Position numbers and translations under genes: made by a program. A stretch of 59,435 nucleotides of DNA from an uncultured Candidatus Saccharibacteria bacterium. GTDB lineage: Bacteria; Patescibacteriota; Minisyncoccia; Phycocordibacterales; UBA9973. Numbering within the stretch: position 1 is the stretch's first letter; each line of letters opens with the position of its first letter. The stretch is taken from NCBI GenBank assembly GCA_964632605.1, contig CAZWBZ010000001.1:7497-66931 (forward strand), written 5' to 3'. The notes beneath the pieces were generated by a model. It was not told the origin of the DNA. It saw only the letters and a program-made list of their open reading frames with translations, and did not search any database. Positions 53,209-59,435 of this stretch are shown here, piece by piece.

Positions 53209-53559
53209 TTAGAATTTTAAGCCACTTTCACGTGCTGCATCTGCAAGCGCCGCAATGTGCCCTGTATACTTATAACCGTTACGATCAAAGACAACTGTAT
53301 TAATACCAGCCTTTAATGCAACTTCGGCAATATCTTTACCTGCTTTTACAGCACGTTCGCGATATGTACCAGATTTTGCCTTATTGTCAGAAACTGCACC
53401 AATAGTAATACCTTTTGTATCGTCTACTAGTTGAGCATAAATATGCATATTTGATTTAAACACAGTAAGACGTGGACATTCTGCTGTCCCATTTACCTTA
53501 CTACGAATCTTTTTCTTTAAGCGTGTACGCTTTTCTTGTTTTAGATTAGTTTTATTCAT
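53209..53559 (-). CDS. rplR: 50S ribosomal protein L18
   Basis: Contains RLTVFKSNMHIYAQLVDD...FDRNGYKYTGHIAALADAARESGLKF. Confidence 0.95.
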   Translation of the reverse strand: MNKTNLKQEKRTRLKKKIRSKVNGTAECPRLTVFKSNMHIYAQLVDDTKGITIGAVSDNKAKSGTYRERAVKAGKDIAEVALKAGINTVVFDRNGYKYTGHIAALADAARESGLKF

Positions 53560-53562
53560 ATA

Positions 53563-54099
53563 CTATGCTGATTTCTTACCTTGCTTACGACGAATAACTT
53601 CGTTATCATAGCGGAAACCTTTACCTTTATATGGTTCTGGTTTCTTCATAGAGCGTACGCCTGCTGTAAAACTACCTACTAATTCTTTATCAAATCCTGA
53701 TACAGTAACGTTGTTCTTTTCCGCAGTTACAGTAAGACCTGCTGGTATTGGAATTTTAACTGGGTGTGAAAATCCAAGAGCTAAATCAAGACGTCCTTCT
53801 TTAACTTCACTTTTGAAACCAACTCCTTCAAGGATTAGTTTTTTAGTGAAACCGTCAGTTACTCCTACAACCATGTTTTTAACATGAGATGCAACAGTAC
53901 CCCAAAGAGCGCGAGATTCGATAGAGTCTACATTTTTTGTAAAAGTAATTTCGCCACCGTTTATTACAACAGTAATAAGGTTAGTTTTGAAATCACGAGT
54001 TAATTCCCCTTTTGGTCCTTTTACTGTAAAGATAGATCCATCTACAGTAGCAGTAACACCAGCCGGAATTGTAATTATTTGTTTTCCTATTCTAGACAT
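53563..54099 (-). CDS. rplF: 50S ribosomal protein L6
   Basis: Starts MSRIGKQIITIPAGVTATVDG and contains ...PEPYKGKGFRY. Confidence 0.95.
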   Translation of the reverse strand: MSRIGKQIITIPAGVTATVDGSIFTVKGPKGELTRDFKTNLITVVINGGEITFTKNVDSIESRALWGTVASHVKNMVVGVTDGFTKKLILEGVGFKSEVKEGRLDLALGFSHPVKIPIPAGLTVTAEKNNVTVSGFDKELVGSFTAGVRSMKKPEPYKGKGFRYDNEVIRRKQGKKSA

Positions 54100-54111
54100 A
54101 TTTCCAATCTA

Positions 54112-54498
54112 TTACCACATTTTAAATAATGCTTCTCCTCCGACCAATTCTTTTTTAGCTTCAACGTCTGTCATAACACCTTTTGGAGTAGACAAAACCA
54201 TGATACCAAAACCATTTTTTACTGTGTGAATATCTTTAACACCGTAGTACATACGAGCTGATGGCTTTGAGATTAGTGATACATCACTAATACGAGGACC
54301 ATTGTCGTTATATTTTAGTGTAACTACCATTTCTTCACCTGCTTTTTTGTGTTTCTTTTCGAAAGATACGATGTATCCAGCGCGAAGAAGACATGATGCA
54401 ATAGCATGAATGAATTTTGAATATGGGAAAGATACGGTCTCATGCTTTACGCGAGACGCGTTCTTTAGTTTTATAAGAAAGTTTGCTGTTGGATTCAT
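54112..54498 (-). CDS. rpsH: 30S ribosomal protein S8
   Basis: The ATG at 54498 gives MNPTANFLIKLKNASRVKHETVSFPYSK, with ...GGEALFKMW at the C-terminus. The longer ORF-track start would overlap rpsN. Confidence 0.95.
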   Translation of the reverse strand: MNPTANFLIKLKNASRVKHETVSFPYSKFIHAIASCLLRAGYIVSFEKKHKKAGEEMVVTLKYNDNGPRISDVSLISKPSARMYYGVKDIHTVKNGFGIMVLSTPKGVMTDVEAKKELVGGEALFKMW

Positions 54499-54499
54499 A

Positions 54500-54769
54500 T
54501 TACCAAGAAGATTTACGAACACCTGGTAATACTCCTTCATTAGCTAATTCGCGGAAAGCTATACGAGATAGCCCGAAATCACGAATATAACCGTGTGCAC
54601 GACCTGTTAGAGCGCAACGGTTCTTGTAACGAATAGAGTTTGAGTTACGAGGTAGCTTGCGCAATCCTTCGTAATCTCCCTTTGCTTTGAGTTCTGCACG
54701 CTTTTTAGCGTATTGCGCGATAAGACGCGCACGCTTTTCATTACGTGCAACTACTGACGTTTTTGCCAT
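54500..54769 (-). CDS. rpsN: 30S ribosomal protein S14 (long, non-zinc type)
   Basis: Starts [16 protein letters not shown] and ends ...[24 protein letters not shown]. There are no CxxC pairs. Confidence 0.95.
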   Translation of the reverse strand: MAKTSVVARNEKRARLIAQYAKKRAELKAKGDYEGLRKLPRNSNSIRYKNRCALTGRAHGYIRDFGLSRIAFRELANEGVLPGVRKSSW

Positions 54770-54915
54770 GTAATTGTATCTATTAACTTCTAAACACCCT
54801 TAGTTTTCTGCGTGTTTCTCGCGCATTATCATAAAAAGATAGAGTCTACTTATGAATATGTACGGACTGCGCTTTTTCAGAGTGCTTACAAACATTACCA
54901 TAAAAGACCTGTTTT

Positions 54916-54938
54916 TGCAAGGCCGCTCCTGCCTTGCA
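54916..54938 (-). promoter_or_regulatory. GC-rich 8 bp hairpin in the ~185 nt region upstream of rpsN
   Basis: TGCAAGGC-aggagcg-GCCTTGCA (minus sense), unusually GC-rich for this AT-rich sequence. The function is unknown. Confidence 0.3.
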
Positions 54939-54952
54939 TGGTACCACCTGGA

Positions 54953-54983
54953 AAATAAAAAGCCCCGAGGTTAGTCGGGGTTT
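54953..54983 (-). terminator. intrinsic terminator directly after the inserted ORF
   Basis: The minus sense reads TAA-AACCCCGA-ctaacc-TCGGGGCTT-TTTATTTT. Confidence 0.7.
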
Positions 54984-55768
54984 TAATTAAAATATTTTTC
55001 ATATTCACCATTCCTTATAAATTCTAAATAGGGTCCCACAAAGTGATCATCTTCTGCTTGTGAGCCAGTTAACCTAAAAAGATCCATCTGAAAGCGTGAT
55101 TCATGTAATACACCCCTTTTCTTTGGGTCAGTCATAGTAAGAATATAAACCTTTAGAAAATGAGCATGCATTAGTTTTTCGATATCTCGTTCTTCCATAG
55201 CAGAATCATACATTTCTTTAAGAAGAAACTTTATCCTGTATTCAATTAAATCTAGATACCTTACCGAGATACCAATAACTTCGGGATGGGCCAAAATCTT
55301 AACAGGCTTTAAACTTTCAGAATTAACAATCTCTAAATCATTTAACGAGTTTTCACCTTTGCGAATTCTTTCTAAGGCACATTCCGTTGAAACATCTCGA
55401 TGAAGCCCTTTACTAATGAAAGACAAAACATCCTTACATTCTTTTAAATTCCAAGAATTTATTTGGTTTAACATGTCTTTTCTTAATAAAATTTCTTCTA
55501 GATTTTTAAAATGAAAAACAGCTTCTTTGATGGCAAACTGATTTTTCATTAAACAGCGGCTTACGCTATGGTATGGATCACCGTATTCATAATGATTACG
55601 GTATTTATCTAGCTCTGGTTTAATATTATGCATAATAAAACCATATAAACTTTTCTTTTCAAAAGTCTTTCTTAACAAATAAGAAAGCTGTTTTTTTCTG
55701 TATATTGTTCTGTCCCAAAAGAAATAAATTATTCCTGAGATTAAAAGAACGAGTGCTGCGTATATCAT
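54983..55768 (-). CDS. hypothetical N-terminally anchored protein inserted between rplE and rpsN (ORFan)
   Basis: The 278 aa ORF in the track starts at a TTG. The ATG at 55768 gives MIYAALVLLISGIIYFFW (a TM segment) followed by a ~240 aa helical soluble domain. No motif recognised. Confidence 0.5.
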   Translation of the reverse strand: MIYAALVLLISGIIYFFWDRTIYRKKQLSYLLRKTFEKKSLYGFIMHNIKPELDKYRNHYEYGDPYHSVSRCLMKNQFAIKEAVFHFKNLEEILLRKDMLNQINSWNLKECKDVLSFISKGLHRDVSTECALERIRKGENSLNDLEIVNSESLKPVKILAHPEVIGISVRYLDLIEYRIKFLLKEMYDSAMEERDIEKLMHAHFLKVYILTMTDPKKRGVLHESRFQMDLFRLTGSQAEDDHFVGPYLEFIRNGEYEKYFN

Positions 55769-55814
55769 ATTTTTAATTTTCTTTAAGCCTACCACTTCCC
55801 CGGATTTCGTCAAG

Positions 55815-55848
55815 CACAAAATAAAACCCCTCCATCTGGAGGGGTTTT
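55815..55848 (-). terminator. intrinsic terminator directly after rplE
   Basis: AAAACCCCTCC-agat-GGAGGGGTTTT followed by ATTTTGTG (minus sense). Confidence 0.7.
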
Positions 55849-55859
55849 ATAAAAAAGTA

Positions 55860-56402
55860 TTAAGCTTTTTTGAATGGAAGACCAATGATTTCGAAAAACT
55901 TGATCGCTTCAGCTTTTGTTTTTGCAGTTGTACCAATGGTAATTGCAAAACCGAAAACGTCTTTTAATTCTTCATCGTTAGTTTCTGGGAAGATTGTGTG
56001 TTCTTTGATAGACAATGTTGCATTACCCATGTTGTCTACAATGCGGCGTTCGATACCACGGAAGTCCTTGGTACGAGGCAGTGCAATGTTAAACAATTTA
56101 TCAAGGAAAGCCACCATGTTATCTCCACGTAGTGTTACCAGTACTCCTACTGGGTCACCTTGGCGGATTTTGAAACTAGCCACAGATTTCTTCGCACCGC
56201 GAAGTGAACCTTTTTGACCAGTAATCTTTGCAATACGATCCAAGACAAAAGCATTGTGCTTTGGGTCTTTTCTCATTTTTGTTCCAGTACCAATAGAAAT
56301 TGATACCTTTGTAAGACGTACGCCTTGTAATGGATTTTTATATCCAAAATCAGACTTCATTACGTCATATGAACTTTTTACTTTATCTTTTACAGAATTC
56401 AT
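55860..56402 (-). CDS. rplE: 50S ribosomal protein L5
   Basis: Contains NPLQGVRLTKVSISIGTG...FRGI...GNATLSIKEHTIFPE. Confidence 0.95.
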   Translation of the reverse strand: MNSVKDKVKSSYDVMKSDFGYKNPLQGVRLTKVSISIGTGTKMRKDPKHNAFVLDRIAKITGQKGSLRGAKKSVASFKIRQGDPVGVLVTLRGDNMVAFLDKLFNIALPRTKDFRGIERRIVDNMGNATLSIKEHTIFPETNDEELKDVFGFAITIGTTAKTKAEAIKFFEIIGLPFKKA

Positions 56403-56460
56403 ATTTGTATATTACTTCGGCGCACCAGTCCTTTATGGCGGGCACCTACTATTAAACTAT

Positions 56461-56766
56461 TTAGATCTCTTGTCCGCTTTTCTTAGCGATGCGAACTTTT
56501 TTATCACCAACCATTTTACTAGCTGTGCGTGTACCTTTACCTGTTTTTGGATCTATCAATTGCACGTTTGATGCTTGGATGTATCCTTCACGAGTAATGA
56601 TTTCGCCTTTGCCGCCACGTGTACGAGGTTTCAAATGCTTTTTGTGCATACGAACACCTTCTACCATAACAGTACCAGTCTTTGGACTAGCAATAAGGAT
56701 CTTCCCCTTTTTACCTTTATCTTTACCAGTAATAACTATTACTGTGTCTCCTTTTTTTACATGCAT
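56461..56766 (-). CDS. rplX: 50S ribosomal protein L24
   Basis: Starts MHVKKGDTVIVITGKDKGKKGKI (KOW motif). Confidence 0.95.
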   Translation of the reverse strand: MHVKKGDTVIVITGKDKGKKGKILIASPKTGTVMVEGVRMHKKHLKPRTRGGKGEIITREGYIQASNVQLIDPKTGKGTRTASKMVGDKKVRIAKKSGQEI

Positions 56767-56772
56767 AAAATT

Positions 56773-57144
56773 TTATAGCACTTCAGGTGCAAGTGAGATT
56801 ATTTTCTGGTAACCGAGTTCAGCTAATTCACGAGGAATTGGACCGAACACACGACCTGCTTTTGGTTCTTGCTTTCCTTTTTCTAGGATAACAACTGCGT
56901 TATCGTCGAAACGGATGTATGAACCATCTTTACGACGGAATGCTTGTACTTGGCGTACAACTACTGCTTCACATACGTCTTTCTTCTTGATAGCTTTACG
57001 AGGTTCTGCAACTTTTACAGAGATAATAACTTTATCTCCGATACGAGCGTAACGACGCTTGGATGAACCAAGTACCTTGAAGACTTTACCAACTTTACCG
57101 CCGGCGTTGTCTGTGATTTTTACGACTGTTTCTACTTGTATCAT
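56773..57144 (-). CDS. rplN: 50S ribosomal protein L14
   Basis: Starts MIQVETVVKITDNAGGK and ends ...ISLAPEVL. Confidence 0.95.
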   Translation of the reverse strand: MIQVETVVKITDNAGGKVGKVFKVLGSSKRRYARIGDKVIISVKVAEPRKAIKKKDVCEAVVVRQVQAFRRKDGSYIRFDDNAVVILEKGKQEPKAGRVFGPIPRELAELGYQKIISLAPEVL

Positions 57145-57150
57145 ATATTA

Positions 57151-57384
57151 TTACTTTACCACTATAAAGTGTGTATCTTTAGAGATAGGACGAGTTTCTT
57201 CAATAGTCACATTGTCTCCAATTTGTAGTTGGCCAGTAGCATCATGTGCTTTGAACTTGCGAACTACTTTTTGGAACTTGTGGTACTTTGGATGCTTTTT
57301 GTAAGTTGAGATAGCTACCACAACTGTGTTTTGCATCTTGTTTGAAGTTACTGTACCTTTCATTTGTTTCTTTGTATTTTCCAT
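57151..57384 (-). CDS. rpsQ: 30S ribosomal protein S17
   Basis: Contains KGTVTSNKMQNTVVVAISTYKKHPKY.K. Confidence 0.95.
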   Translation of the reverse strand: MENTKKQMKGTVTSNKMQNTVVVAISTYKKHPKYHKFQKVVRKFKAHDATGQLQIGDNVTIEETRPISKDTHFIVVK

Positions 57385-57391
57385 AAGTTTA

Positions 57392-57583
57392 TTATCCGAG
57401 CTGTGCTCTTAGAGCTGTTTTCGCGCGTGCAATGTTTTTCTTTGCGTCGCGAATAGCTTTAGTATTCTTATTGGTCACGCCCTGCACACTGAATTTAATA
57501 GTGCGGATCTCTTTTTCATTATCTGTTACTGTTTTTTTCAAATCAGCAGCGTCTAATGTTTTTAGGTCTTTCTTATTTTTCAT
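57392..57583 (-). CDS. rpmC: 50S ribosomal protein L29
   Basis: Contains MKNKKDLKTLDAADLKKTVTDNEKEIRTIKF. The ATG at 57583 lies just after the rplP stop. The track start at 57598 is a GTG inside rplP. Confidence 0.9.
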   Translation of the reverse strand: MKNKKDLKTLDAADLKKTVTDNEKEIRTIKFSVQGVTNKNTKAIRDAKKNIARAKTALRAQLG

Positions 57584-57584
57584 A

Positions 57585-58007
57585 TTATGCAAGTTCACGA
57601 CTAACGATACGAGTTTTTACTGGAAGCTTTGTTCCCGCTTTGCGAAGAGCTTCGCGAGCTTTAGCTTCTGGTACTCCGTCGACCTCGAATATTATACGTC
57701 CTGGCAAAACTTCGAATGCGTAATGGTCTAGATCTCCTTTACCTTTACCCATACCTACGTTTGCTGCCTTTTGTGTGATTGGTCTATCAGGGAAAATACG
57801 AATCCATACACGTCCAGCTTTGGTCAATTCTCTTTGGCAAGCTTTACGTGCAGCTTCGATTTGGTTAGATGTAACGCGAGCATTAGTAGTAGCTTTGATT
57901 CCGAATGATCCGAAAGCTAATGTTGTACCGCGAGAATCTACTTTGCCAGTTAGGTCTTTACGACCTGTCTGCCATTTTCGGTGTTTTACTTTTTTTGGAG
58001 CTAACAT
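57585..58007 (-). CDS. rplP: 50S ribosomal protein L16
   Basis: Starts MLAPKKVKHRKWQTGR and contains ...GMGKGKGD. Confidence 0.95.
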   Translation of the reverse strand: MLAPKKVKHRKWQTGRKDLTGKVDSRGTTLAFGSFGIKATTNARVTSNQIEAARKACQRELTKAGRVWIRIFPDRPITQKAANVGMGKGKGDLDHYAFEVLPGRIIFEVDGVPEAKAREALRKAGTKLPVKTRIVSRELA

Positions 58008-58008
58008 A

Positions 58009-58692
58009 TTATTTATCTTTTCTTACTGCATCCGCTTTCTTTTCGAAAACTTCGCCCTTGTAAATCCAGACCTTTATACCGATATCTCCATAAGTCATGT
58101 GAGCTTTTTCACGTGCATAGTCAACATCAGCACGGAAAGTTTGTAGTGGAATGCTTCCCTTTTTCATTTGCTCAGTACGTGCAATTTCTGCACCTCCAAG
58201 ACGTCCACCTAAGAAAATACGTACTCCTTTTACTCCACGAACAGCCATAACTTTTTCCATTGTAGATTTCATTATACGACGGAAAGGCATACGACGTTCG
58301 ATGGCTTCTGCAATACTGTAAGCTACAATAGCTGCATCTGCATCAGGACTTGTAATTTCTTGTATATCAATTCTTATGTCTTCTTTTGGTGTAATATTCT
58401 TTTTCTTCATGAAAGTTAGAATATTTGTACGAAGCTTTGCAGCTCCTTCACCAGCGCGGCCGATGATCATACCTGGACGAGATGTTTTGATAACAACACG
58501 CATGCCTTTTTGGCCACGTTCTATATCTACACCACCAATGTATGAACCACGTAGTTTCTTTGCAAGGTATTCACGAAGAAGTGCGTCACCTTTTAGAAGG
58601 TCTTTATATTGCTTTTTATCAGCAAACCAACGACTTTTCCAGTCGCGGAGCACAACAAGACGATGTGCATATGGATGAACTGTTTTTGACAT
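58009..58692 (-). CDS. rpsC: 30S ribosomal protein S3
   Basis: Contains the KH domain GGVDIERGQKGMRVVIKTSRPGMIIGRAG and GAEIAR. Confidence 0.95.
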   Translation of the reverse strand: MSKTVHPYAHRLVVLRDWKSRWFADKKQYKDLLKGDALLREYLAKKLRGSYIGGVDIERGQKGMRVVIKTSRPGMIIGRAGEGAAKLRTNILTFMKKKNITPKEDIRIDIQEITSPDADAAIVAYSIAEAIERRMPFRRIMKSTMEKVMAVRGVKGVRIFLGGRLGGAEIARTEQMKKGSIPLQTFRADVDYAREKAHMTYGDIGIKVWIYKGEVFEKKADAVRKDK

Positions 58693-58695
58693 AAA

Positions 58696-59070
58696 TTATT
58701 TCTTAACTGCTTTAGCTAATGCAACCTTTGCAGCCTTTTTAGGAGCTTTTTCTTCGACCTCTTTAAGAGTAACAGTAACGTGTGAATTACGCTTGTTGAT
58801 ACGTGATGCACTGCCACGCGCGCGAGGCATAATACGCTTTAGTACTGTTCCTTCGTTAACTTCGATATTACTGATTACTAAACCAGCAGCATCAAGGCCT
58901 TTAGCATTAGCAAGAGCACTACGAATCAACTTTTCTACAGGTAAAGATGCCTTCTTTGGCACGAATGTCAAAGCAACTAATGCATCTGATACTTTTTTGC
59001 CTTTCATAAGGTCAGTAACTAGACGGACTTTACGAGGACTTTGACGATAGTTAGAGAGTTTTGCTTTCAT
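58696..59070 (-). CDS. rplV: 50S ribosomal protein L22 (Lys/Ala-rich C-terminal tail)
   Basis: Starts MKAKLSNYRQSPRKVRLVTDLMKGKKVSDAL. Confidence 0.95.
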   Translation of the reverse strand: MKAKLSNYRQSPRKVRLVTDLMKGKKVSDALVALTFVPKKASLPVEKLIRSALANAKGLDAAGLVISNIEVNEGTVLKRIMPRARGSASRINKRNSHVTVTLKEVEEKAPKKAAKVALAKAVKK

Positions 59071-59073
59071 ATA

Positions 59074-59424
59074 CTATTTCTTTTTAGGAGCAGCTGATGG
59101 GGCAGCTTTAGCAGATTTTGCAGCATCGATCTCAGCTTGTTTCTTCTTAGCTTCGATTTCTTTTTGCATCTTACCTCCGTGAGTTACGAACTTGCGTGTA
59201 AGTGAAAATTCACCAAGACGGTGACCGACCATGTCTTCCGTCACAAGTACTTCTATGTGATGACGCCCATTGTGCACGCCAAAAACGAAACCAATCATTT
59301 CTGGAGAAATCACACATGCGCGAGACCACGTCTTAATAACCCCTGTTTCTAGAGGTTTTTTACCAGCTATCTTCGAAAGAAGACGCTCGTCAACAAATGG
59401 ACCTTTTTTTAGTGATCTTGTCAT
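59074..59424 (-). CDS. rpsS: 30S ribosomal protein S19 (Lys/Ala-rich C-terminal extension)
   Basis: Starts [16 protein letters not shown] and contains ...[24 protein letters not shown]. Confidence 0.95.
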   Translation of the reverse strand: MTRSLKKGPFVDERLLSKIAGKKPLETGVIKTWSRACVISPEMIGFVFGVHNGRHHIEVLVTEDMVGHRLGEFSLTRKFVTHGGKMQKEIEAKKKQAEIDAAKSAKAAPSAAPKKK

Positions 59425-59435
59425 TAGAATTCTTT

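Noticed and set aside
54938-54952. GGTGGTACC in the rpsN upstream region resembles the T-box core (GGUGGUACC)
   Set aside because: There is no room for a Stem I or specifier domain, because the sequence starts right after the preceding terminator. No terminator/antiterminator alternative is apparent and the downstream gene is not an aaRS or amino-acid gene. The match is probably a chance hit around a GGTACC palindrome.

Overview
AT-rich, very gene-dense 59.4 kb chromosomal fragment, mostly encoded on the minus strand. Its content and organisation look like a Candidate Phyla Radiation (Patescibacteria, Parcubacteria-like) bacterium: small housekeeping genes, rpsE directly followed by rplO with no L30 gene, a secretin-less type IV pilus cluster, a NirK-like copper protein, and many short stem-loop terminators. 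Main blocks are as follows. (1) 1-517: the 5' part of ligA. (2) 543-13286: a 12.7 kb type IV pilus super-operon (pilM/N/O-like, pilB, pilT, pilC, three tandem pilin paralogs, pilD, three pseudopilins and a PilX-like protein fused to a poly-glycine domain), with comF divergent from it. (3) 13991-19088: an apparent operon of a small vitamin-transporter-like membrane protein, class II (B12-dependent) ribonucleotide reductase, PduO-type adenosyltransferase, an ArsR regulator and a membrane-anchored NirK-like nitrite reductase. (4) Two divergent long-variable-arm tRNAs, one of which has a non-standard anticodon loop. (5) A ZIP / Fur-family / YibE-F metal cluster next to a four-gene operon of unknowns. 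(6) A sensor-less histidine kinase plus a receiver-only regulator. (7) recG interrupted by one in-frame TAG. (8) tRNA-Ile(UAU), ftsH, smpB and tmRNA. (9) GH3-family ligase, rmuC, DoxX, a phosphohexomutase and infC-rpmI-rplT. (10) A beta-CASP RNase, a promoter-to-terminator structured RNA candidate, ndk and an HD protein. (11) A 13.7 kb S10/spc-type ribosomal protein operon (rpsS to map). It carries an ORFan insertion between rplE and rpsN, pyrH inserted between adk and map, and a 918 aa TraD/VirD4-like ATPase at its tail. I saw no rRNA, CRISPR array, transposase, integrase or reverse transcriptase. All protein family calls come from motif recognition by eye; no database search was run.
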